Sequence record: DRR723986_4966
Direction: 5' to 3' (one strand)
DNA: 33,238 nt
In this document: positions 19,613 through 27,722 of the stretch, one piece after another
Layout: each line of letters begins with the position of its first letter
Position numbering within the stretch: the stretch's first letter is position 1
Notes under the pieces: model-generated
The model's database searches: none
The model's input: only the letters and a program-made list of their open reading frames with translations
What the model was told of the DNA's origin: nothing
Program-made: the position numbers and the translations under genes

Positions 19613-20341
19613 TTACTGTCTGAACCCGTAGAAAAAGGTGAAGTACACAGACTGGAACAACTGACGATTTTCTGTAGTCGGGATCAGGGGGATTTCTTTG
19701 GTAAACCCTTCGAGCATGTATCCAAGTTCCAAACCTGTTGCATTTGAGCGAAAAACCCCAAATTCAAAGGATAGGGCAGCTTTAAGATTTGCACCGAAAG
19801 CAAACTCTGATTGTCCTATCCCTTCGAAAAGACGACCCGTTCCTAAAATATTGAATCGGCTTTGGTGGATTTCCGGATCGTATTGCTCGCGTACAGTTTC
19901 TACTCTGTTCAGCGCATATTCTATATAGTAAGGTGCAATTAATCCAAACGTTGGACCTACTGCGGCGAGCGCTGAAACTTGTACTCCTTGGTTAGGCGCT
20001 TTTTTGAAAAGGATTATTTCACGACCATATTGAGGTCTGATGGAATAGAGGTAATTAGACTTGCCAAAAATATAGCTGTTGCCTAGTACAGTGTTGTATC
20101 TTATTTCCTTAGGGTTTTTGACATTGGAAAGCTCTAAAGCCCAAAAACTAAATTGGGTATCGTCTAAACGTGTACCTGCTTTGAAGACTATACCTCCTAT
20201 TAATCCTCCGTTTGTGTTTTTATTAACACCAAACATATATTCCTTGTCATATTCGTAATTGCCAATGTCATCTCTTTGAGCAAAAGATTCGATGGAAAAT
20301 GACAGTAAAAGAAGCGGTAAGATGAATTTCAGTTTGTTCAT
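19613..20341 (-). CDS. hypothetical secreted protein, probable outer-membrane beta-barrel
   Basis: Signal peptide ending SFA-Q; alternating Gly/aromatic strands; C-terminal YFTFFYGFRQ. Confidence 0.7.
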   Translation of the reverse strand: MNKLKFILPLLLLSFSIESFAQRDDIGNYEYDKEYMFGVNKNTNGGLIGGIVFKAGTRLDDTQFSFWALELSNVKNPKEIRYNTVLGNSYIFGKSNYLYSIRPQYGREIILFKKAPNQGVQVSALAAVGPTFGLIAPYYIEYALNRVETVREQYDPEIHQSRFNILGTGRLFEGIGQSEFAFGANLKAALSFEFGVFRSNATGLELGYMLEGFTKEIPLIPTTENRQLFQSVYFTFFYGFRQ

Positions 20342-20411
20342 TCGAATTGGTCGAAAATATAGCCCTATTTTTGGGTGTTAGTATTTTAACTGATTTTAAA
20401 AATAAGAGTTT

Positions 20412-20816
20412 ATGCCCACTATAAAAAGTTCATATTTAGGGAATTTGAGAACGGAGTCGGAGCACCTTCAGTCAGGCACCCAATTATATACCGATGCTCC
20501 GCTAGATAATAATGGAAAAGGCGAGAAATTTTCTCCTACTGACCTTGTTGCAAGTGCGTTAGGTAGTTGTATGGTGACGATTATGGGGATTGTGGCTAAT
20601 AGAGACTCTGTGTCTTTAGATGGACTGACTTGGGAAGTGACCAAAATCATGCAATCATCTCCGCGGAAAATAAGTGAAATAATAGTTGAGTTTCACTGGG
20701 AAAATCCTGTAGAAGATGAAGCGATGATCCAAAAATTGAAAAATGCAGCCAAGACTTGTCCTGTTGCATTAAGCTTAGATTCTGAGATTAAGCAGACTTT
20801 AAGGTTCAATTTTTGA
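20412..20816 (+). CDS. OsmC family protein
   Basis: TDAP.DNNGKGEKFSPTDL..ALGSC and KTCPVA (two-Cys OsmC pattern). Confidence 0.9.
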   Translation: MPTIKSSYLGNLRTESEHLQSGTQLYTDAPLDNNGKGEKFSPTDLVASALGSCMVTIMGIVANRDSVSLDGLTWEVTKIMQSSPRKISEIIVEFHWENPVEDEAMIQKLKNAAKTCPVALSLDSEIKQTLRFNF

Positions 20817-20968
20817 GTGAAATAGTAAAAGAAATAGGCTATTTAGAAAGCATTCAAAAAAAATGTTCCTTCTGTCTTAAGCTTTTTTCTGTAGAAATTG
20901 TGAGGAAGCATACGCATGGTTCAATCACGAGTTAGTAGAAATTTGAAAGTATATAAACCCACCCGAAT

Positions 20969-21877
20969 ATGAGCTACTTATTTGAATCCTTCAATGGCTG
21001 GAAAAGCTATTGCGATGAGAAAGAAATTTCATTGCCAGAATCAGTAATCGAATATGAAGTTGATCAGAAAAATGGCTCAAATGATCAAATCAAAGCCGGA
21101 CTTTTGCAAGCATATGGAGTAATGAAGGATGCTGTGAAAACCGGTTTAGAAGAAGAAATGACTTCCCGCTCTGGAATGATTAATAATGGAGCAAAGAAGG
21201 TTTATAATCATCCACTTTCTGTACTTTCTCCTGAATTTCAAAAATTAATATCCCGGGCCTTAGCAGCCAAGGAGGTCAATTCTTGTATGGGAAGGGTAGT
21301 GGCCGCACCTACTGCTGGAGCAAGTGGAATTCTGCCAGGCACTCTAGTTACGCTTCAGGAAATCCACGGATTAAGTGATGAGCAGATTGTTGAGGGACTT
21401 TTGGTAGGAGCAGGGATAGCATTGATTATTGAAGAGAAAGCTAGTTTAGCTGGTGCAGTTGGCGGATGTCAAGCAGAAACAGGCTCGGCTGCGGCCATGG
21501 CTTCAGGAGCGATTGTTTATTGCCTAGGAGGGAGTACAGATCAGGTTTTCAATGCAGTTGCCATCACTATTCAATGCATGTTGGGGTTGATTTGTGATCC
21601 AGTCGCTGGACTAGTTGAAGTGCCCTGTGTAGTACGCAATGCCAGTGCTGCCGCCATTGCGTTCAGCTCTGTTCAGATAGCTTTGGCCAATGTAAGTGCA
21701 GTCATACCCGTGGATGAGTGTGTGGAGGCGATGGGGGAAGTTGGAGCTTCGATGGAAAGCCGCTATAAGGAAACGGCAATGGGAGGGTTAGCAGCTACAC
21801 TTACTGGACAGGCTATTTCTGAACGGGTGCTGATAAAGGATATAGAAATATTACCCGACGGTGAATCAGAGGAATAA
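20969..21877 (+). CDS. sdaAA: L-serine ammonia-lyase, Fe-S dependent, alpha subunit
   Basis: AAPTAGASG, GGCQAE, GLICDPVAGLVEVPCVVRN, YKETAMGGLA. Confidence 0.92.
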   Translation: MSYLFESFNGWKSYCDEKEISLPESVIEYEVDQKNGSNDQIKAGLLQAYGVMKDAVKTGLEEEMTSRSGMINNGAKKVYNHPLSVLSPEFQKLISRALAAKEVNSCMGRVVAAPTAGASGILPGTLVTLQEIHGLSDEQIVEGLLVGAGIALIIEEKASLAGAVGGCQAETGSAAAMASGAIVYCLGGSTDQVFNAVAITIQCMLGLICDPVAGLVEVPCVVRNASAAAIAFSSVQIALANVSAVIPVDECVEAMGEVGASMESRYKETAMGGLAATLTGQAISERVLIKDIEILPDGESEE

Positions 21878-22327
21878 ATTCTTGATAAAAGGAATAGCTA
21901 ATAATTTTTCAATACTCATGCTGAGGACAACTGACCATAGACAAGCGCTCCAAAGCATATGCATGTAAATATGTCTTTTTTTGACTCCAAACGAAACCAT
22001 AATCAGCGTGCCACCGATAGGTGTAAGTAAAAGTGGGGTAAAGAACGCAATTCCTATTTCTCCGTAATTTTTCCACAGATGAACTATTCGTCTATTTTTT
22101 TTGGAAAAAATCAACCTTGATTTCCGTTGGAAACTTCCTTCAAAAAGAGCTTTTATCTTAGAACCTAGAAGAGTAAAAATGATTACACTAGTCATCATTC
22201 CAGCGATGGTAACGAAGGCTTTTTCTACTACAGTGTAGCCTGCCGCGGAACCTAAAACAGGTCCAGCAATAAATTTAAACCAACATAAAAAGTAAATTCC
22301 AAGTAAGGTTAGAATTTGGTCCATCAT
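21866..22327 (-). CDS. hypothetical membrane protein
   Basis: Several hydrophobic helices, basic loop, GIAFFTPLLLTPIGG; ATGA overlap with the upstream antiporter. Confidence 0.75.
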   Translation of the reverse strand: MMDQILTLLGIYFLCWFKFIAGPVLGSAAGYTVVEKAFVTIAGMMTSVIIFTLLGSKIKALFEGSFQRKSRLIFSKKNRRIVHLWKNYGEIGIAFFTPLLLTPIGGTLIMVSFGVKKRHIYMHMLWSACLWSVVLSMSIEKLLAIPFIKNLFL

Positions 22328-23262
22328 AAGAGGAAGAACAAATAGGCAAAGTAGCTAAGTAAGAGTAAAGAACCTTCCACTTTAGAAACCCGCATCTTAG
22401 TTCGCATCAACACGAATAAAAAGAGGGTAATTCCAAGCATCCATAAGAAATCTGAATCGATAAATTCCTGGGAGACACCAATTGGTTTTATGATTGCCGT
22501 AAGACCGATGATGGACAGAATATTCATGATGTTACTGCCAAGAATATTTCCTAAGGCTAAATCTGTTCTTTTAGATAAAGCAGCTATAATAGAAGTAATT
22601 AGCTCTGGTAAACTTGTTCCGATCGCAATGATAGTTACTCCAATGATTCGCTCTGATACTCCGAACTCTCGGGAGATTTTTACGGCATTATTGACCAGGA
22701 GTTCAGAGCCAAGATAAAGGCCCAGTACCCCGCCTACAAATAGACCTATAGCTGCAAACCAAGAGTATTTTTTGACTTGCTCTATTTCCTCTTCTACCTC
22801 TGTATTGTCCACTAACTCTGAAGCAGGACTTTTGAAGAGGTAGATGTTAAAACCTATGAATAATCCGAAGAGTAGGATGCCTTCCCAAAAGCTAATCAAG
22901 CCATTATAGCTCAAGCCGTAAAAAAGAATGGATACCAATAAAGTGACTAAATAGTCGAACCGGATATGGCTTTTCCGGATGAGGATAGGGTAAAAGATTC
23001 CGCTCACTCCTAGAACTAGGGCTATGTTTGCAATGTTTGACCCGATCACATTGCCGATAGAGATATCACTATTTCCTTTGAGGGCGGCATTCACACTTAC
23101 TAGTAATTCTGGTGCCGAGGTACCAAACGCAACAACTGTCATTCCGATTAAGCCTGCACTCATGCCTAGTTTTACAGCCATTGCGGAAGCGCCGTCTACC
23201 AATATTTTCCCCCCGTAGAGAAGAATAGCCAAACCAAGAAATAAAAGAAAGTATGGAAGCAT
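22324..23262 (-). CDS. calcium/sodium antiporter (CaCA, YrbG-like)
   Basis: Two alpha repeats GTSAPEL/GNVIGSN and GTSLPEL/GNILGSN; ATG 23262 lies 7 nt after the upp stop. Confidence 0.93.
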   Translation of the reverse strand: MLPYFLLFLGLAILLYGGKILVDGASAMAVKLGMSAGLIGMTVVAFGTSAPELLVSVNAALKGNSDISIGNVIGSNIANIALVLGVSGIFYPILIRKSHIRFDYLVTLLVSILFYGLSYNGLISFWEGILLFGLFIGFNIYLFKSPASELVDNTEVEEEIEQVKKYSWFAAIGLFVGGVLGLYLGSELLVNNAVKISREFGVSERIIGVTIIAIGTSLPELITSIIAALSKRTDLALGNILGSNIMNILSIIGLTAIIKPIGVSQEFIDSDFLWMLGITLFLFVLMRTKMRVSKVEGSLLLLSYFAYLFFLL

Positions 23263-23269
23263 GAAATGA

Positions 23270-23914
23270 TTAAAGTTTTGGGCCAAAAGAAAGATCTCCT
23301 GCATCCCCTAGCCCTGGTACAATGTAGGATTGATGATTTAGTTTTTCGTCCATTGCGCCTACCCAAAGTGAAAAAGGAAAAGAGATGTTTTCTTTAATAT
23401 ATTGGATGCCTTCTGGAGCGGCAATGACTGAAGCTATATGGATGTGTTTGGGTTTGCCATGGGTTAGGAGCGTGTTGATTGATTCCACAATAGATTTACC
23501 AGTAGCTAGCATAGGGTCAGCTAGGATTACAATCTTACCTTCCAAATTAGGGCTTGCATGATAGCCAAGGTGAACATTGATTTCTCCTGGTGAAGTCTCA
23601 TCTCTAAATGCTCCGATAAACCCACTTTCAGCTTTGTCAAAATAATTTAAAAAGCCATTATAAAATGGTAATGAAGCCCTCATAACTGAGATGATTACCG
23701 GGTTTTCAGTTGCAGAAAGCACTGAAGTTGAAGTGAGCGGAGTTTCTATGTTCTCCTGGGAATACTCAAAAGACTTAGAAATTTCATAGGCAAGTATTTC
23801 ACCCATTCGCTCTAAGTTTCTCCGAAACCTCATTCTATCATTTTGTGTGCGTACATCTCTCATTTCGCTTAAGAAATGATTTGCCAAAGAAGGGGTGTCA
23901 GTTAAAACAAACAT
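23270..23914 (-). CDS. upp: uracil phosphoribosyltransferase
   Basis: ADPMLATGKS, YIVPGLGDAGD, FRRNLERMGEILAYE. Confidence 0.96.
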   Translation of the reverse strand: MFVLTDTPSLANHFLSEMRDVRTQNDRMRFRRNLERMGEILAYEISKSFEYSQENIETPLTSTSVLSATENPVIISVMRASLPFYNGFLNYFDKAESGFIGAFRDETSPGEINVHLGYHASPNLEGKIVILADPMLATGKSIVESINTLLTHGKPKHIHIASVIAAPEGIQYIKENISFPFSLWVGAMDEKLNHQSYIVPGLGDAGDLSFGPKL

Positions 23915-23918
23915 GCTG

Positions 23919-23926
23919 CGAAGATA
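23919..23926 (-). promoter_or_regulatory. candidate -7 element of upp (leaderless geometry)
   Basis: TATCTTCG-CAGC-ATG; one mismatch to TAnnTTTG. Confidence 0.55.
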
Positions 23927-23930
23927 AAAT

Positions 23931-23961
23931 AAAAACCCGGCTCTTTTGGGGCCGGGTTTTT
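23931..23961. terminator. strong bidirectional intrinsic terminator
   Basis: AAAAACCCGGCTC-TTTTG-GGGCCGGGTTTTT. Confidence 0.85.
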
Positions 23962-24070
23962 AACTAAGGAAAATTATCTCTATTTCACTTCAAAGCTTGG
24001 TCTTCTAGCTAATTGTCTTGCGTCAGCAGAGGATTTTTCCAATCAAACATTTTTATCATGTCCTGTAAAT

Positions 24071-24097
24071 GGTAATTAGCGTTATTAATTACCTTTT
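24071..24097. terminator. AT-rich hairpin just after the flotillin stop
   Basis: GGTAATTA-GCGTTAT-TAATTACC followed by TTTT on the plus strand. Confidence 0.4.
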
Positions 24098-24105
24098 GTT
24101 TAAAA

Positions 24106-25620
24106 CTATTCCTCTTCAGGCTTTTGTTCTTCCTTCTTTTTAGGAGGCTCCACCAAATCTTCTCCCTTCAAATAAGTTGGAAGATTAAGTCCTGCCATGT
24201 TAAATAGTTCATTTAATGGAGGGACAGTCTTCATCATTCCAGATACAAAATTGGCGGTGGAGCCATTGCCATTTTCACCTTGCCCAGAATCCCAAACAGT
24301 AATTTTATCAATCTTGATGTTTTTGACAGCTTCAACCTGAGTTTTTACCAATTCAGGTAATTTCTCAATCAATAGCAATTGGAAGGCCTTGGTAGGATCT
24401 CCACCTGCTGCACTTACCACTTCACGGTAACCTTCTGCTTGTTTGGTCAATATTTCATACAGACCTTTTGCTTCCGCATCCATTTTGGCAAAGATCGCAT
24501 CAGCTTCGCCTTTTGCCTGTTCTCTGATTCGCTCTGCTTCTGCTTGGGCTTCTATGATCGCACGTTGTTTGGCGATTTCTGCCGGTACTACAATGTTAGC
24601 ATTTTGAGTGGATCGTTCTCTATCCGCTCTAGCTGTTTCAGCTTTTTGCTCCGCCAAATAGGCTTCCTCTAACGCTCTTGCGCTTTGTACTTTTTCGGAT
24701 GCTAAGGCAATTCTTAATGCTTCAGCTTCTTTTTCTCTACGTTGTGCGTCAGACTGAGCAATGGAGATTTTAGCTTCGTTTTCTCCTTTGATAGCGATGG
24801 CATTTGCTTCGGAGGTTTTAACCCTCGTGTCTCGCTGTGCTTCTGCTTTACCTATACTCTCATCTTTTGCAGCTTCCGCAATGCTGACCTCGCGGTTTTT
24901 GTTAGTAATAGCAATTTTTACATCACGGTCACGCTGGGTGTCTGCTATCTGCACATCCTTCTCACGGTCTGCGAGGGCCTTTCCAGTTTCACCGATTTTC
25001 TCTTGCTCTGCCACAGAGATTTTAGCTTCATTGATCGCTTTTGCGGCAGCTTCTTTACCAAGTGCTTCAATGTATCCAGACTCATCTTTGATGTCCGTCA
25101 CGTTGACGTTGATCAGTTTCAAGCCGATTTTCTTCAATTCGCTATCTACATTCTTAGAAATGCTCTCCAAAAATTTATCCCGATCAGAGTTAATTTCCTC
25201 GATGGTCATTGTAGCAATCACCAATCGCAATTGGCCAAAAAGGATGTCCTTTGAAAGCTCCTGAATCTGCTCATGAGCTAAGCCTAACAGACGCTCAGCA
25301 GCCGTATTCATCGTGTCAGTGTCTGTAGAAATAGCGATCGTAAATCTACATGGGACATCTACGCGGATATTTTGACGGCTTAGCGCATTAGTCAAATTAG
25401 CTTCGATGGAAATAGGCTTCAGATCTAGGTAAGCATAATCCTGAATGACCGGCCAAATAAATGCACCACCTCCATGAATACAGCGTGCAGAGGTACCTCC
25501 GGTTTTTCCATATACCACTAGGATTTTGTCAGATGGGCAGCGCTTGTATCTTGAGACAAGCGCTAGAATAGTCACAAATGTGACAATCGTCGCGACGACG
25601 ATAAGAATTAAAGGATCCAT
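24106..25620 (-). CDS. flotillin/SPFH family protein
   Basis: N-terminal TM, RYKRCPSDKILVVYG, GQLRLVIATMTIEEINSDR, long EA/AE coiled coil. Confidence 0.93.
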   Translation of the reverse strand: MDPLILIVVATIVTFVTILALVSRYKRCPSDKILVVYGKTGGTSARCIHGGGAFIWPVIQDYAYLDLKPISIEANLTNALSRQNIRVDVPCRFTIAISTDTDTMNTAAERLLGLAHEQIQELSKDILFGQLRLVIATMTIEEINSDRDKFLESISKNVDSELKKIGLKLINVNVTDIKDESGYIEALGKEAAAKAINEAKISVAEQEKIGETGKALADREKDVQIADTQRDRDVKIAITNKNREVSIAEAAKDESIGKAEAQRDTRVKTSEANAIAIKGENEAKISIAQSDAQRREKEAEALRIALASEKVQSARALEEAYLAEQKAETARADRERSTQNANIVVPAEIAKQRAIIEAQAEAERIREQAKGEADAIFAKMDAEAKGLYEILTKQAEGYREVVSAAGGDPTKAFQLLLIEKLPELVKTQVEAVKNIKIDKITVWDSGQGENGNGSTANFVSGMMKTVPPLNELFNMAGLNLPTYLKGEDLVEPPKKKEEQKPEEE

Positions 25621-25632
25621 AAAAGAAATAAG

Positions 25633-26199
25633 TTAAAGCTTTTCTACGATGAGGATATTGCCACTTTCTACCCGTTTGATCTTCACTGTGGCGTTAGTTT
25701 CAATTTTGTCTTGCTCGGTCATGGCATCTATTTCCCGCACAGATCCATTCAGGCTTACCATGATTTTCCCTTTTCCCTGCATTCTCCCAGGTATAGCCAG
25801 ATAGACTTCTGCGATTTTGTCCAGTGTTTTTTCTAACCTAAAAGTATTGTCTTCGCCGAGTTTTTGGATTTGCTTGATGATGAGAAAAAAGAAATAAACA
25901 AAAGCAAAACCTACCGCTAAACTTAGCAGGATAAGCAGGGTTGTATTTGGAATAAGCTTGTAAAATGAGATGCCAGTCCAGCTAAAACCAAGCAAGAAAT
26001 TAACTAGATTTCTAAAGGAAAACATCTGAAAAGGTGCATCTGCACTATCCAGGTCTCCATCGAAGTCTGCTTCCAGTCCATCCGATCCTCCAGATCCTAC
26101 GAAAGTCAAAATAGTCTGAAGTACAAAAATCAACGAAACTGGTATGGCGATATACCAGAACATTTTGAGCTGCGGATCTAATCCATCTAAAAATTCCAT
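25633..26199 (-). CDS. NfeD-like flotillin partner
   Basis: Three TM segments plus OB-fold-like tail (AEVYLAIPG..GKGKI...ILIVEKL); ATG 26199 preferred. Confidence 0.85.
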   Translation of the reverse strand: MEFLDGLDPQLKMFWYIAIPVSLIFVLQTILTFVGSGGSDGLEADFDGDLDSADAPFQMFSFRNLVNFLLGFSWTGISFYKLIPNTTLLILLSLAVGFAFVYFFFLIIKQIQKLGEDNTFRLEKTLDKIAEVYLAIPGRMQGKGKIMVSLNGSVREIDAMTEQDKIETNATVKIKRVESGNILIVEKL

Positions 26200-26326
26200 G
26201 TCATTTTGAGTTAAGCCTATCAAAGGCATGCTCAAAATATTAAAAATTCTCTAATTACTAATCTTTTATTCTAAAATAGCTAGGTGTTGAATTACTGATT
26301 TGGTCGGAAGCATAATTCTATTTGGT

Positions 26327-26363
26327 AAAAAAAAATCCCAGAGGATTTAACTCTGGGATTTTT
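26327..26363 (-). terminator. intrinsic terminator after the lipocalin gene
   Basis: A9-TCCCAGAG-GATTTAA-CTCTGGGA-TTTTT. Confidence 0.85.
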
Positions 26364-26370
26364 ATTCTTC

Positions 26371-26922
26371 CTAAGTATCACACTGTACAGTTTTTTCGAG
26401 TTTACTGAGATCAAAACCTTTCTTCTCGACTCTCTCCAAGATCTCATCATAAATTACTGGATCCATTTCTTGAGTTCTTGATAAAATCCAGAGGTAATCT
26501 CTATTTGGATGACCAACTACAGCGTAAGAGTAATCTTTTGCTAAATCTATGATCCAATATTTTCCTTTAAAAGGCCAGAAGAACTGAACTTTTAGCTTGG
26601 CATTTCCTGATCCATCTTCCACAAAAGCTTTGGCTGTGGAGGTTTTGATTTTCCCTTTCTCTGGAAGATTACAGCTATTTTCCACACTGATTGTACCGTC
26701 AGCGTTTGGTGTATAAATAGCTTTGGTGCAGGTACATCCTTTTTGGAATGATTGAGGGAAAGAGGCAATTTCGTACCATTCACCTGCATATTTTTCAAGA
26801 TCTACATAAGGAACTGTTTCTAGGTCTTGGGCATGGCTGTTTTGCGATAAAAACAGAAGGCCAGCTGCCGCCAAAACAGGCAATGCCAGCGCTACTTTTT
26901 CTGATTTGTTGAAGGTTCTCAT
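26371..26922 (-). CDS. Blc/ApoD-like lipocalin
   Basis: VDLEKYAGEWYEIA, KLKVQFFWPFKGKYWI, DYSYAVVG, YLWILSR. Confidence 0.92.
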   Translation of the reverse strand: MRTFNKSEKVALALPVLAAAGLLFLSQNSHAQDLETVPYVDLEKYAGEWYEIASFPQSFQKGCTCTKAIYTPNADGTISVENSCNLPEKGKIKTSTAKAFVEDGSGNAKLKVQFFWPFKGKYWIIDLAKDYSYAVVGHPNRDYLWILSRTQEMDPVIYDEILERVEKKGFDLSKLEKTVQCDT

Positions 26923-26932
26923 AGTGGTTGGT

Positions 26933-27718
26933 TTAGTTTAACTTAAATGGAGCGGTTTCTCTGTTTTTGTAGCCATGAATAGTGATGGCGATGAAAAGCA
27001 CTCCTGCCCCAACGAGTGCTGTCCATTGTAAACTTGGGATATTGCCCCAATGCCTAACGGCAATTGCGATTAATGCCCATACACCGACAGAAGCAAATTC
27101 CCGAAGGTTTCTCGTGGCGATCATAAATAGATTTAGAACAACGGCTACGATTATCATGGCAATTGCCCAAGTTGCCTCGGGTATACCACCAGTCCACCCA
27201 GTTTTTGCTAGATAAGCTGAAATATTGGCGATCGTAGCGACAGCAATCCATCCGCTATAAAGTGCGATAGGCCACCAAAGCCAGAAGATAATTGGACGCG
27301 GTGCATTCCAACGTTCCATGTTAGTATTCAAAATCGTAATGATCAGCGACAATAAAATTCCGAGCATGACAATCACGCTAATTCCTGTATGTTCCATCAG
27401 CCACATGTAGATCCAAAGCCCATTTCCAATGTTTGCCATAATGAGATAGGGCCCCAGTTGGGAGAGGAAGTCAGCGTCTTTTTCATCATTAAAAGCTCTC
27501 CGAATAAAGAAAATAGCCTGTGCAAGCAAGGCCAAAAAGATCAATCCCCAGATAGAAAATGCATAGCCTGCTGGAGTGAATAGGTTTTCATAATCAGCAC
27601 TGAGTGAGCTGACTGTATTGCCATTTAATCCCTTAGTATTTACCCAATAATTCCAGAATATTACTGCGACCAGGACGATCATGTTCAGGATAGCATAAAC
27701 TTTATGGGAGCTTTTCAT
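26933..27718 (-). CDS. tryptophan-rich sensory protein-like (TspO-related) membrane protein
   Basis: LFTPAGYAFSIWGLI, LYSGWIAVATIAN, multiple TM helices, Trp-rich. Confidence 0.75.
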   Translation of the reverse strand: MKSSHKVYAILNMIVLVAVIFWNYWVNTKGLNGNTVSSLSADYENLFTPAGYAFSIWGLIFLALLAQAIFFIRRAFNDEKDADFLSQLGPYLIMANIGNGLWIYMWLMEHTGISVIVMLGILLSLIITILNTNMERWNAPRPIIFWLWWPIALYSGWIAVATIANISAYLAKTGWTGGIPEATWAIAMIIVAVVLNLFMIATRNLREFASVGVWALIAIAVRHWGNIPSLQWTALVGAGVLFIAITIHGYKNRETAPFKLN

Positions 27719-27722
27719 CTTC

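Noticed and set aside
24379-25264. Long plus-strand ORFs antisense to flotillin (also those opposite pyrD, the S9 peptidase and others)
   Set aside because: Shadow ORFs of well-supported genes with no protein-like motifs.
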